NCBI GenBank assembly: GCA_044344255.1
Contig: JBIJDH010000002.1
Location: 1-64,000, forward strand
Length of the DNA: 64,000 bases
Origin: Myxococcota bacterium
GTDB lineage: Bacteria; Myxococcota_A; UBA796; UBA2385
Direction: 5' to 3'
Shown here: in pieces, positions 26,616 to 36,287 of the stretch
Layout of the letters: every line of letters begins with the position of its first letter
How positions within the stretch are numbered: the first letter of the stretch is position 1
Made by a program: the position numbers and the translations under genes
Notes under the pieces: generated by a model
What the model was told of the DNA's origin: nothing
Seen by the model: the letters and a program-made list of their open reading frames with translations, nothing else
The model's database searches: none

Positions 26616-28931
26616 TTGTCGAGCCGAGACAACGCGCGCCGCTTCCACTTCCTGCGCGAGATCGCGTCGGGAGGCTTCGGGAGCGTTTACCTCGCGAAGG
26701 TGATGCACTCGGATGGCTTCTCCCGCCTCGTGGCGGTCAAGCTCCTCAAGAGCCAGTGGTCGGACAGTGAGGAGGTGGCCCGAAGGATGCGGGACGAGGC
26801 GAGGCTGCTCGGCCTCCTCCGGCACCGAAACATCGTGGACGTCATCGACCTCACGGCGATCGATGGCCGCGCAGCCGTGATCATGGAGTACCTCGAGGCG
26901 GTCGACCTCCGCTTTGTGACGGTGCGGCTCGGGGAGATGGGGGAGCAGATCCCGGTCAAGGCGGCCTTGGAGATTTGCGCGGCGATCGCGAGCGCGCTTG
27001 ACGCCGCGTTCAATCGGCCGCCGATCCCCGGTGACAAGCCGCTGCGGGTGGTGCACCGCGACATCAAGCCCAGCAACGTCATGGTGGACGAGAATGGTGT
27101 GGTCAAGGTCCTCGACTTCGGGGTCGCCCGCTCCGAGCTCGCCGATCGGGAGAGCCACACGCAGGATCTGCAGTTCGGGTCCGTAGATTACATGGCCCCA
27201 GAGCGGCTCTTCTTTGAGCCCGAGTCCCACTCCTCTGACATCTACTCGCTGGGCGCCACCTTCTTCGAGCTCTTGGCGCTGGAGAAGCTCGGAAAAGCCA
27301 AGGGCCGGCACGAGAAGCACGCGCTGTTCCTCGCCGATCGCCTCTCCTTCCTGCGGAGCCGGGTCTCCCTCCGCGGCACGGCCGCCACGGAGGTGGAGTC
27401 GCTCCTCAAGGCCTCCCTCGACTTCGATCAGGAGAAGCGGCCGACCGCCGCCGAGTTCTACCAGCGCTGCCGGGCGCTCTCACGCCTGGTCGACGATGAG
27501 GACCTCCCCGGCTGGGCGGAGCGCACCCTGGCGCCGCTCATTCACGAGGCGGCCTCGGTCCCGCAGATCCCTACGCCGATGACCGACTCCGTGCGGATGG
27601 AGGACTCCGTCCTCTTCCGACCTGGGCAGCTGGGGCCGGGAGCCGACTCGGACGGGCGGCAGATCCCGGGCGCGTGGAGGGGCCCGGCCGACCTCGGAGT
27701 GCCCCTGCCTTCGGCGCTGGCTGGGTCCGAGCTCCCCCCCGTCGGGGCGGAGCACGCCGCCGCCGGGGTGGAGCGCACTCCCGCAGCGGCGGAGCATACC
27801 CCCGCTGCGGCGGAGTCCGGCGAGCTCGTCGATCCTCCCGGCGTCGCGGACCCCTCTGACTGGGAGGATGGGCCCACGACGGCAGGGGTCCCGGGTGGCC
27901 GGCCGATCCGGCGGGCCCCCGCCGAGGAGCCTCTGCCTGCCCAGCCCCCTGCGGATCTGCCGGCTGATCCGGCCGAGCCCTTTGCCGGTCTCGACGCGCT
28001 TCGGTCCCCCGTCCGCGCCGCGCCGATGAGCCCGCCGACTGGCGCGCCGAGACCGGTCGCGCCGCGCTCTTCCAGCCCCACGCTGATCCCCGATTACACA
28101 GACGATCTGCCGACCACGACCTCGATCGACGCTCAGATGGTGGCCGAGGCGAAGAGCCGGGCCGCAGCTTCGAACGCCGAGGATGATGCCGCAACGGTGC
28201 TGATGACCGCCGAGATGGGCGGTGAAGTTCGGGTCGTGCAGGCCCCCGCTCGACCGGCCGTCGCGGCGCCGCTTCGGGAGTCGGCCGATCGCACGAACGC
28301 CCAGCCAACGGAGGCGCCGGGGCCCGGCGCCCCGCCCCCGGCGGTGGCGCGCGCGGCGGCCGCTCGACCGGCGTCTGGGCGCGGCCTCGCTGTCGCCTCG
28401 GTCGGGAGCGGTGATCTCGGCGCGGAGCCCGACCTCGCCTCGCCTCGCCCGAAGAGCCGCGTTGGCCTCTTTGCGGCGCTCGGGTGTTTCGTGCTGCTCC
28501 TCGGCGGCGCAGCGGTGGGCGGGGGGCTGTGGCTCCTTCGTGCGGAGCTCTCCTCCCTCGTGCGAGACCTCGGCGCTGCCACCGCCCCTGCGGATGGCTC
28601 GGCCGAGCACGCTCCGAAGGCTGGGGCTCCGGCTGCCGAGGCCCAGCCGGTCGCCTCCCCGGGCGCGGAGGCTGCGCCCGAGGCCGCCCCCGCGGGCCCC
28701 GTCATCCGCTTTCGCTCCGCCGAGCCGAACACCACGAAGATCAACGTGCGCTGCGATGCGGCGAACGCCAAAGGCACCACCGAGGCCGTCGTCGGCGCCG
28801 CCTCGGCGAAGACCTGCACGGTCACTGCGATCTTGTCGGACCGCTCGCGCCTCTCAGCGGTCGTCACGGGCCCTACGGAGGGCAGCTACCGGTGTTTTGC
28901 CGATGGCGCGAAGGACTGCCTGAGGCAGTGA
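26616..28931 (+). CDS. Membrane-anchored Hanks-type Ser/Thr protein kinase
   Basis: GGFGSV, VAVK, HRDIKPSN, DFG, YMAPE and DIYSLG motifs; Pro/Ala linker, TM helix and a small 4-Cys extracytoplasmic domain. Start is TTG 26616 after GGAG. Confidence 0.9.
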   Translation: MSSRDNARRFHFLREIASGGFGSVYLAKVMHSDGFSRLVAVKLLKSQWSDSEEVARRMRDEARLLGLLRHRNIVDVIDLTAIDGRAAVIMEYLEAVDLRFVTVRLGEMGEQIPVKAALEICAAIASALDAAFNRPPIPGDKPLRVVHRDIKPSNVMVDENGVVKVLDFGVARSELADRESHTQDLQFGSVDYMAPERLFFEPESHSSDIYSLGATFFELLALEKLGKAKGRHEKHALFLADRLSFLRSRVSLRGTAATEVESLLKASLDFDQEKRPTAAEFYQRCRALSRLVDDEDLPGWAERTLAPLIHEAASVPQIPTPMTDSVRMEDSVLFRPGQLGPGADSDGRQIPGAWRGPADLGVPLPSALAGSELPPVGAEHAAAGVERTPAAAEHTPAAAESGELVDPPGVADPSDWEDGPTTAGVPGGRPIRRAPAEEPLPAQPPADLPADPAEPFAGLDALRSPVRAAPMSPPTGAPRPVAPRSSSPTLIPDYTDDLPTTTSIDAQMVAEAKSRAAASNAEDDAATVLMTAEMGGEVRVVQAPARPAVAAPLRESADRTNAQPTEAPGPGAPPPAVARAAAARPASGRGLAVASVGSGDLGAEPDLASPRPKSRVGLFAALGCFVLLLGGAAVGGGLWLLRAELSSLVRDLGAATAPADGSAEHAPKAGAPAAEAQPVASPGAEAAPEAAPAGPVIRFRSAEPNTTKINVRCDAANAKGTTEAVVGAASAKTCTVTAILSDRSRLSAVVTGPTEGSYRCFADGAKDCLRQ

Positions 28932-29005
28932 GGCGTAGTCCGTGAGCTCCGATTCGTGTGAGACCCCGAGGACATGTGACTCTGAGAACAACCCGGTGAA
29001 CTCCC

Positions 29006-30238
29006 TTGACTGACCGTGCGAACGACGTGGTGATCACGGGGGTGGGGCTGTGTAGCGCGGCTCCGGGGGGGCTCGTTGGCCTGGAGTCAGGCTTGCTCGC
29101 GGGTCGGTGCTTCGCCTCGCCGTTGGCGACCGTGCTGCCCGTACCCGGGGTCGCGGCCGTGACCGATCGCATCGAGGAAGATCCCGACTTTCCCGATGAT
29201 CGGAAGGCTTGGCTCGCCTTCGAGGCCCTCCGGCGCGCGTGGCGCGACAGCGGGCTCGACCTCGGCGGGGCGCCGGCCTCAGAGCGGCTCGCGGTCTTCC
29301 TGGGGACTGGCCTCTCATCGGTGACCCCCCACGAGCTGGAAGAGGACATCTACCCCCACCGCGCCGGGGAGGGATTCGACCGACAGGCCATGTCTCTCGA
29401 CCTCGTCACCACCCGCGCCGCGCCCCGCCGTCACCTCCCGGGGCGCGTCACGGAGGAGATCGCGCGGCGCCTCGGCGCAGGTGGTCCGGTGGGCACGAGC
29501 TTCTCGGCCTGCGCTGCTGCTGCCCAGGCGATCGCCGAGGGCCTCTGGGCCATTCGGCGAGGAGAGGTGGACGTGGCGGTCGTCGGTGGGCACGACAGCA
29601 TGATCCACCCGGTCGGCCTGTTGTCCTTCGTCGTGCTGGGGGCGCTGAGCCCGGTGGCCTGCCGGCCCTTCGATCGGGAGCGGGACGGCTTCCTCATCGG
29701 GGAGGGCGCGGGGCTGCTCGTCCTAGAGAGCGGCGCTCATGCCCGCGCCCGCGGCGCACGGGTCCGTGCCCGTTTGCTGGGCGCGGGGACCAGCGCGGAC
29801 GCCTGGAACGTGACCGCGCCGCACCCGGAGGGGGAGGGGGCGGAGCGAGCCATGCGTCGGGCCCTCCGCGACGGGGGGCTCGCCCCGGACGAGGTGGCCT
29901 ACGTCAACGCGCACGGCACGGGCACGCCGGTCGGCGACGTCGCCGAGGCGAAGGCGATCCACAGGGTGTTCGGACACGGCATGCGAGTCTCGTCGATCAA
30001 GGGCGCGATCGGGCACACCATCGCCGCGGCGGGGGCGGTAGAGGCCGCGGCTTGCGTGGCCGCCCTCGAAGGGGGCTGGCTGCCCGGCAACGTGGGCTCT
30101 CAGGAGCCCGATCCCGCCTGTCCGATCGAGGTCCTCCGTCATCCGGTGCGGGAGGGCGTTCGCCATATCCTTTCCAATTCATTTGGCTTCGGAGGGCAGA
30201 ATTGTTGCCTGCTCTTCGGTCGGGCCGATGGGGGTTGA
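29006..30238 (+). CDS. Beta-ketoacyl-ACP synthase II-like (active KS)
   Basis: Catalytic Cys in FSACAAA, His in NAHGTGT and KGAIGH, plus CRPFD and SNSFGFGGQN. Confidence 0.92.
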   Translation: MTDRANDVVITGVGLCSAAPGGLVGLESGLLAGRCFASPLATVLPVPGVAAVTDRIEEDPDFPDDRKAWLAFEALRRAWRDSGLDLGGAPASERLAVFLGTGLSSVTPHELEEDIYPHRAGEGFDRQAMSLDLVTTRAAPRRHLPGRVTEEIARRLGAGGPVGTSFSACAAAAQAIAEGLWAIRRGEVDVAVVGGHDSMIHPVGLLSFVVLGALSPVACRPFDRERDGFLIGEGAGLLVLESGAHARARGARVRARLLGAGTSADAWNVTAPHPEGEGAERAMRRALRDGGLAPDEVAYVNAHGTGTPVGDVAEAKAIHRVFGHGMRVSSIKGAIGHTIAAAGAVEAAACVAALEGGWLPGNVGSQEPDPACPIEVLRHPVREGVRHILSNSFGFGGQNCCLLFGRADGG

Positions 30239-30241
30239 GCC

Positions 30242-31051
30242 GTGACTGAGCTGCAGATCGTACTTCCCGGGGGAGCCGCGGCAGCGGTGGCCGGGGTCGG
30301 ATTGCTCTGCCCCGCTGGCATCGGACTGGAGGGGGTGGGCGAAGGGAGAGCGGGGAGCGTCCCTGGCTTTCGGGCGATGGCGTACATCGCCGACCGAAAG
30401 AGCACGAAGCTGATGACCCGCGCCGTGCAGCTCGGCGTCTCCGCGGTCCGGCTCGCGCTCTCCGACACCGCAGGCTGGGAGTCCGTGATCCCCGAGCGCC
30501 GCGGCATGTTCGTGGGCGCCAGTCCGCAGCCGGGCGAGCCCGATGAGCTCCGCCCCGCCTTCGAGGCCTCCGGTGGTCCGGATGGTTTCTTCGACCTCGC
30601 CCGCTTCGCGGTGGCCGGAGTGCCGCTCATTCATCCGCTTTGGCTGGTCCGGGGTCTCTCGAACAACGTGCTCGGCTTCGCCAGCGCGGCCCATGACCTC
30701 CAGGGGGTGAACAGCAACTATTGTGATGGTCTGGAGGGTGGCTGGACCGCGCTCCGCCAGGGTGTGCTCGCCGTGGCCGAAGGGCGGGCCGAGCTGGTCG
30801 TGGCCGGGGGCGCCGACTGTTTGATCGGCGCTGAGCCGATCCTCGGTGGTCGGCGTTGTGGTGAGGGCGCGGCCTTCCTGGCGCTACGCCCCGCGGGCGC
30901 GGGTGAGGCGGTCGTGCTCGACCTCACCGCGGCGGAGCGGGAGATGGAAGTAGAGGGGCTCGGCTTCCTTGGGGCCGCGGCTTGGCCGATCGCTGTGGCC
31001 CGCGTCGCATTGCGGGCGCGAGCCCTGCTCAATGGGGCCGTCGCTGGGTGA
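30242..31051 (+). CDS. Second inactive KS-like (chain-length-factor-like) protein
   Basis: VAGVGLLCPAG, KLMTRAVQLG and PLWLVRGLSNN motifs. It lacks the catalytic Cys position and the His pair and is only 269 aa. Confidence 0.8.
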   Translation: MTELQIVLPGGAAAAVAGVGLLCPAGIGLEGVGEGRAGSVPGFRAMAYIADRKSTKLMTRAVQLGVSAVRLALSDTAGWESVIPERRGMFVGASPQPGEPDELRPAFEASGGPDGFFDLARFAVAGVPLIHPLWLVRGLSNNVLGFASAAHDLQGVNSNYCDGLEGGWTALRQGVLAVAEGRAELVVAGGADCLIGAEPILGGRRCGEGAAFLALRPAGAGEAVVLDLTAAEREMEVEGLGFLGAAAWPIAVARVALRARALLNGAVAG

Positions 31052-31165
31052 CCGAAGCACCGAGATCGGCGTGCCGAGGGACGCGCCTGTGACAGGAGCT
31101 TGACAGCCAGGGTCCGGTCCAGCCGGGGAGCACCCGGCTACATTCGGCGCCACCAGAGGGATCTC

Positions 31166-31669
31166 ATGGCCATCTCGACCTCCGCCGCGTCCAGCTCCGC
31201 CGCGTCCAATTCCGCCGTGTCAACGGGGCTTCAGCGCATCGGCGTCGGCGGCTTCGACGCCGCCGATCCAGACACCTGGTCCCGGGTTCGAAAGGCCTTC
31301 GCGGGTGCGCTCGCGCTCTCTGAAGGCGAAGTAGAGCTGGATCACACGATTATCGGAGACCTGGGCGCGGAGAGCCTCGACTTCCTCGACATCGCGTTTC
31401 GCCTGGAGCGGGCCTTCGACATCAAGATCCCGCGGGGCGGCATCGAGAGCACGGCCAAGTCCGATCTCGGCGACGAGCCGTATGAGATCGGCGGCGTCCT
31501 CACCCCGAAGGCGCTGGCCAGCCTCCGCGAGGCGATGCCCGAGGTTCCCGCCGAGGAGGTCGTGGAGGGCCTGAAGGTCACCGAGGTGGCCGGGCTGTTC
31601 CGCGTCGCCACTTTCTACAACCTCGTGGTGCACCTGCTCGGGCAGAAGGCGCGCGGTGAGCTTGCCTGA
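31166..31669 (+). CDS. Long acyl carrier protein (AcpXL/planctomycete-type with insertion)
   Basis: DLGAESLDFLDIAFRLERAFDIKIP phosphopantetheine motif, a ~45-aa insert, and a Ser/Ala-rich N-terminal extension. Confidence 0.88.
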   Translation: MAISTSAASSSAASNSAVSTGLQRIGVGGFDAADPDTWSRVRKAFAGALALSEGEVELDHTIIGDLGAESLDFLDIAFRLERAFDIKIPRGGIESTAKSDLGDEPYEIGGVLTPKALASLREAMPEVPAEEVVEGLKVTEVAGLFRVATFYNLVVHLLGQKARGELA

Positions 31670-32759
31670 GCGGCCCCCTGGCGGCGTCGGTGAACCGCGG
31701 CTCCCCCGATTTGCGTTCGTGGTTCACGCGCTGACACCGTTCCATCGGAGGGTCTTGGGCCTTCGGATGGTCGCGCCCTCCTTGGCGCTCGGGCGGGAGG
31801 ATGGGACCAGCCCCTGGAGGATGGGGCGGGTCGCCCGCCTGTCGTTGGACGGCGTCGCCGAAGGTGTGATCCTGGGGGTCACCCTCGACCCGGCCCAGAT
31901 GCTGGAGGATCAGGAGCGCGCCGTGACCCGCATGGAGCGGGTGGTTCGCATGGAGCTCGACCGTGAGCCGCTGGACGCCGTCGGCCTCGGGAGCCTCTGC
32001 GCCGTGGTGGGCGGGAGGGGAGAAGCCCTGGCCGAGCGCCTCCCGATGCCCGTCACCACCGGTGGCGCGGCCACGGCGTGGGCGCTCTTCGAGAACACCC
32101 TCACCGTCCTGCGCGCTCGCGGCGTCCAGGGGCCGGTCGCCGTCTGCGGATCGACCAGCCCGGTGGGCAAGGTGGTCGCCGCGCTGCTCGTGGGAGAGGG
32201 CCTTGAGGTGCACGTCGACGGCAAGCGAGGCGGGAAGGGCCAGCGGATCACGGTCTTCGACAGCCCCGCCGCTGCAGCTCGAGGCTGCCCCGTCGTGGTC
32301 GGGGCGGGTCCGACGGGCGGCACGCTCGAACCAGCAGCCCTGACCGAGGACGCTGTGCTGGTCGATGTCGCGCTCCCCGAGACGCTCACGGGGCGGCCGC
32401 CACCGCGCGCGCGAGTGCTCGCCGGGGAGGCCGTCGAGATGCCGCCAGGCTGGCGACGGGACGGGTGGGGTCACCTCTACCACCTGCTCGCCGGGTACGG
32501 CCCCACGCAGGTCTTCGCCTGCTTGATCGAGCCGCTCGTGCTCGCCGTCACCCGTCGAGGGCGCCCCTTCGCGCTCGGCCGGCGACTCGAGGTCGACGAC
32601 GTACGCGAATTCGGGCGGGCGGCGAGCGCTCTCGGCTTTCGACCGCGCCTCGTACAGGGGTGGTCGGAGGTCAGCGCAGAGCGGGTGGCGCGCCCACCGC
32701 GCTTTGCGCGGCTCCGCAGTGAGATATCGGGGCGGATCTCCTCTGGAGGCTCGTCTTGA
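31656..32759 (+). CDS. Acyl-ACP reductase-like / COG5322-type NAD(P)-dependent oxidoreductase
   Basis: RFAFVVH, VGLGSL, VTTGG, VAVCGSTSPVG, DVALP and VFACLIE motifs, in the order seen in cyanobacterial aldehyde-forming acyl-ACP reductases. Confidence 0.65.
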   Translation: MSLPERPPGGVGEPRLPRFAFVVHALTPFHRRVLGLRMVAPSLALGREDGTSPWRMGRVARLSLDGVAEGVILGVTLDPAQMLEDQERAVTRMERVVRMELDREPLDAVGLGSLCAVVGGRGEALAERLPMPVTTGGAATAWALFENTLTVLRARGVQGPVAVCGSTSPVGKVVAALLVGEGLEVHVDGKRGGKGQRITVFDSPAAAARGCPVVVGAGPTGGTLEPAALTEDAVLVDVALPETLTGRPPPRARVLAGEAVEMPPGWRRDGWGHLYHLLAGYGPTQVFACLIEPLVLAVTRRGRPFALGRRLEVDDVREFGRAASALGFRPRLVQGWSEVSAERVARPPRFARLRSEISGRISSGGSS

Positions 32760-34195
32760 CGACGGCTCATGTTGACAGCCTTGACTCCACCGCCGCTTCG
32801 GGGCTGACTCCGGCGAACACCGCAGAGATCACCGTTGGGCCCAGGCGCGTCTTCTTGCGGACCTTCGGCTGTCAGATGAACAGCTACGACACGGGCAAGA
32901 TGCGGGCGCTGCTCGATCGGGACGGCTACTCCCCCACCGACGACATCGGCGAGGCCGATCTCATTATCGTCAACACCTGCTCGGTGCGAGAGAAGCCCGA
33001 GCAGAAGCTGCACGCCTTCCTCGGCGAGGCCTTCCGCCACAAGCGGCAGCGCGCAGGCCTCGTCACCGTGGCGGTCGCCGGCTGTGTGGCCCAACAGGAG
33101 GGACAGCGCCTCCTCGATCGATACAAGGCGCTCGACCTGGTCTTCGGCCCCGACGCGGTTCCCCGGATCGGGGACCTCGTGCGCGAGGCGCGACACCGAC
33201 CGGTCCTCGACACCGACTTCCTCGACGCCGACGACTACGTCTTCGCGACCGAGCTCGATCCCGCCGCCGCCCAGCGGATCACCGCAGAGGTGACCATCCA
33301 GAAGGGCTGTGACAACAAGTGCACCTTCTGCATCGTCCCCCTCACGCGCGGTCCCGAGCTCTCACGGCCCTCCGCGGCGGTCGTCGAGGAGGTGCGCGCG
33401 CTGGTGGCCGAGGGCGTCCGCGAGGTCACGCTCATCGGCCAAAACGTCAACTCTTACGGGCTCAAGGTCGCCGGTGAGAAGACCTTCGCCCAGCTCCTCT
33501 ACGCGGTAGCAGCGGTGCCGGGGCTCGAGCGCATCCGGTACACCACCAGCCACCCGCGGGACATGGGGCCCGACGTGGTTCAGGCCTACCGGGACCTCCC
33601 CCAGCTCACAAGCCAGCTCCACCTTCCGGTGCAGTCCGGCTCTGACCGGGTGCTCCGGAGGATGAAGCGGCTGTACACCCGCGATCAGTACACCCGCATC
33701 ATCGAGGCCATGCGAGCGGCCCGCCCCGACCTTGGCCTGAGCACCGACGTCATCGTGGGCTTCCCCGGCGAGACGGATGAAGACTTCGCGGCGACGATGT
33801 CGCTGCTGGAGGAGCTCCGCTTCGACAGCTCCTTCTCGTTCAAGTACTCGGCGAGGCCCGGGACACCCGCATTGAAGCTCCTCGATCGCGAAGAGGCGGT
33901 CCCGGAGTCGGTCGCGCAGGCCCGCCTCGTGGAGTTCCAGGACGCGCAGCGACGGCACGCGCTCTCCAACAACCGGGCTCTCGAAGGGGAGACCTTCGCG
34001 GTGCTCGTCGAAGGACCCTCCGCCCACGACGAGGGCGTGATCTGTGGGCGCACCAGCGCGTTCCGGATGGTGAATTTCCCGGGAGAGCCCTCCCTCACCG
34101 GGCGCGTGGTCCCGGTGCGGATCACGCGGGCCTTCACCAACTCGCTCCGCGGTGAGCGGGCGGATGGTGTCTCCGCGCCAGCCTACAGCGAGTAG
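32756..34195 (+). CDS. miaB: tRNA-2-methylthio-N6-dimethylallyladenosine synthase MiaB
   Basis: TFGCQMN, NTCSVRE, GCVAQ, radical SAM CDNKCTFC, TSHP, HLPVQSG and a TRAM domain. Confidence 0.93.
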   Translation: MTTAHVDSLDSTAASGLTPANTAEITVGPRRVFLRTFGCQMNSYDTGKMRALLDRDGYSPTDDIGEADLIIVNTCSVREKPEQKLHAFLGEAFRHKRQRAGLVTVAVAGCVAQQEGQRLLDRYKALDLVFGPDAVPRIGDLVREARHRPVLDTDFLDADDYVFATELDPAAAQRITAEVTIQKGCDNKCTFCIVPLTRGPELSRPSAAVVEEVRALVAEGVREVTLIGQNVNSYGLKVAGEKTFAQLLYAVAAVPGLERIRYTTSHPRDMGPDVVQAYRDLPQLTSQLHLPVQSGSDRVLRRMKRLYTRDQYTRIIEAMRAARPDLGLSTDVIVGFPGETDEDFAATMSLLEELRFDSSFSFKYSARPGTPALKLLDREEAVPESVAQARLVEFQDAQRRHALSNNRALEGETFAVLVEGPSAHDEGVICGRTSAFRMVNFPGEPSLTGRVVPVRITRAFTNSLRGERADGVSAPAYSE

Positions 34196-34845
34196 GCCAC
34201 CGCTCGGGTGAACAAGGGCTTCGGGGGCGCGCCTTCGATCACCTGGGACACCTTGACCTCGATCGCACCTGCGGTCTGCCGCACGGGGACTGAGCCCTTC
34301 CACCACAGCACAGTGGGGCCGAGGTCGGTGAGGGACGCGGCGCTCACGAGGTCCCGGGCCTCCGTCACCTTCTTGCCGTCTACCAGGACCTCGAGCACCA
34401 GCCACCAGTCCGCGCCCGTGTGCTCGGAGGCCCTCCGCGTGACCAGGATCGGCAGCTCGACCACGACCGCGTCGACGTCCTTGGCCAGCACCCGCAGCGG
34501 ATAGTTGTCCGCGAGCGGCACCTTGTCCTGGATGTCCACCAGCACACCCTTCTCGGGCCCGGACACCACTACCTTCGCGGGTGGAGTCGGCTTCGCGGTA
34601 GCGGTGTGGGGCCGAACGTCGTCGTCCTCCTCGTCTTCGCCGCCCATCCCGTGGTCCTCGAGCCTGGGCCTCCCGTCCTTTGGGCCGTCCCAGTCGGGAT
34701 CCCCCTCCTCCTCATCCTCCTCATCTTCGTCATCATCGCCCTGCACCGGCCCCCCCTTGTCCTGGGACCCCTTGGTGTCCCGCGCCCAGGTGGGGCCAGT
34801 CGAGAGGGCGAAGAAGAAGGCGACGAGGGGGGCCGAGAGGCGCAT
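34183..34845 (-). CDS. Hypothetical secreted protein with acidic N-terminal region
   Basis: Signal peptide MRLSAPLVAFFFALS, a D/E-rich tract and a beta-rich C-terminal domain. Confidence 0.65.
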   Translation of the reverse strand: MRLSAPLVAFFFALSTGPTWARDTKGSQDKGGPVQGDDDEDEEDEEEGDPDWDGPKDGRPRLEDHGMGGEDEEDDDVRPHTATAKPTPPAKVVVSGPEKGVLVDIQDKVPLADNYPLRVLAKDVDAVVVELPILVTRRASEHTGADWWLVLEVLVDGKKVTEARDLVSAASLTDLGPTVLWWKGSVPVRQTAGAIEVKVSQVIEGAPPKPLFTRAVAYSL

Positions 34846-34963
34846 CGTGGAGCTCCGTTCGATGGGGAAGTCTACGTGCACGCTGCACGCTGTCAACGTG
34901 TCGCTGAGGATCCAACTCGCCGCCCCCAGCGCGCCGATCGGCATGATCGAGGGGGTGCCTTCC

Positions 34964-34992
34964 TTGACAAGCCCATGGGGTCCTTTTATAAG
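34964..34992 (+). promoter_or_regulatory. sigma70 promoter of the str/S10 operon
   Basis: TTGACA-N17-TATAAG followed by a GC-rich discriminator, ~140 nt upstream of rpsL. Confidence 0.85.
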
Positions 34993-35134
34993 GCGGCGTC
35001 CTGTCGTGATCCCCCAGTGGAATCCGGCCCCTGACCCCAGGCAAGCCGGTCCCCCTCCTCCAGCGTCGGTCGTCTCTCACGGCCAACGAAGCGGAAGAGG
35101 CAATGGGGGCACGGTCCCCTCCTGAGGTTTCGGA

Positions 35135-35536
35135 ATGCCGACCATCAACCAGCTCGTCCGAAAGGGTCGTGAGAAGGTCCGTCGTAAGACGGCCTCCCCG
35201 GCGCTCAAGGCGTGTCCGCAGAAGCGCGGCGTGTGCACCCGAGTGTACACCACGACGCCCAAGAAGCCCAACTCCGCTCTCCGCAAGGTGGCTCGCGTGC
35301 GTCTCACCAACGGGATGGAGGTCACCTCCTACATCCCCGGTGAGGGTCACAACCTGCAGGAGCACTCCACGGTGCTCATCCGCGGCGGCCGAGTGAAGGA
35401 CCTCCCGGGCGTGCGCTACCACATCATCCGCGGCACTCTGGACACCCAGGGCGTCGAGGGTCGCCATCAGAGCCGTTCCAAGTACGGCGCGAAGCGACCC
35501 AAGGCCAAGGACGCCGCGAAGGCGAAGAAGAAGTAG
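35135..35536 (+). CDS. rpsL: 30S ribosomal protein S12
   Basis: [20 protein letters not shown] and [10 protein letters not shown] motifs. Confidence 0.99.
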   Translation: MPTINQLVRKGREKVRRKTASPALKACPQKRGVCTRVYTTTPKKPNSALRKVARVRLTNGMEVTSYIPGEGHNLQEHSTVLIRGGRVKDLPGVRYHIIRGTLDTQGVEGRHQSRSKYGAKRPKAKDAAKAKKK

Positions 35537-35545
35537 GACGCACCC

Positions 35546-36016
35546 ATGCCCCGTCGTCGCGAAGTACCCAAACGAATCCTCATGCCGGACCCCAAGTTCG
35601 GCGACACCCTCGTCACCAAGTTCATGACCATCGTCATGTCCGAGGGGAAGAAGGCGGTGGCCGAGTCCATCGTCTACGGTGCCTTTGATGTGGTGCTTGA
35701 TCGCACCCGTGAAGAGCCCCTCAAGATCTTCCATCGGGCGCTGGAGAACTGCCAGCCGGTCGTTGAAGTGAAGTCTCGCCGGGTTGGTGGTGCAAACTAC
35801 CAGGTGCCTGTCGAGGTCCGGCCGGAGCGGCGGATGGCGTTGGCCATGCGCTGGCTCGTGTCCTTCGCTCGCAAGCGCCCGGGTCGCTCGATGCGTGAGA
35901 AGCTCGCTAACGAGCTGATCGAAGCCGCCCACAACCGCGGCAACGCGGTCAAGAAGCGGGAAGACGTTCACCGTATGGCCGAAGCCAACAAGGCCTTCGC
36001 CCACTACCGGTGGTGA
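35546..36016 (+). CDS. rpsG: 30S ribosomal protein S7
   Basis: [17 protein letters not shown] and [13 protein letters not shown] motifs. Confidence 0.99.
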   Translation: MPRRREVPKRILMPDPKFGDTLVTKFMTIVMSEGKKAVAESIVYGAFDVVLDRTREEPLKIFHRALENCQPVVEVKSRRVGGANYQVPVEVRPERRMALAMRWLVSFARKRPGRSMREKLANELIEAAHNRGNAVKKREDVHRMAEANKAFAHYRW

Positions 36017-36287
36017 TTATCCGCGAATAGCGGGTGGTCCAATCACGCCTCATCGGGTCGCGCTCAGCTCGCCCCGATTCGGTCTCAGAGCGTGTGGTCG
36101 AGGCGGCCACGATGCCTGAGACTACGGATGAACTCATCCAGATCATCTCCGTCTGCACGCTCGACAAAACAAACCCTTAGGGTTAGCTTTGTCGTGTGCA
36201 GTAGGAACTAACTTTGTCTCTCTCTCCTGAAGTGCGCCGATTTGGTTGCACCTGGGAGGGAGGGTCGAGCCACTGAAGTGGACTCGG
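36013..36287 (+). ncRNA. Candidate structured RNA (multi-hairpin) in the rpsG-tuf spacer
   Basis: Successive complementary stems: GTGATT/AATCAC, ATCGGG/CCCGAT, GTCTCAG/CTGAGAC, CTGCAC..CGACAAA/TTTGTCG..GTGCAG, CTCTCTCC/GGGAGGGAG and CCAC-TGAA-GTGG. No credible ORF. Confidence 0.4.

Noticed and set aside
31100..31145. TTGACA...TACATT promoter upstream of the ACP gene
   Set aside because: The spacer is ~33 nt, which is incompatible with a sigma70 promoter.
35135..35536. Streptomycin-resistance substitutions in S12
   Set aside because: The PKKPNSA and RVKDLPG motifs are wild type.
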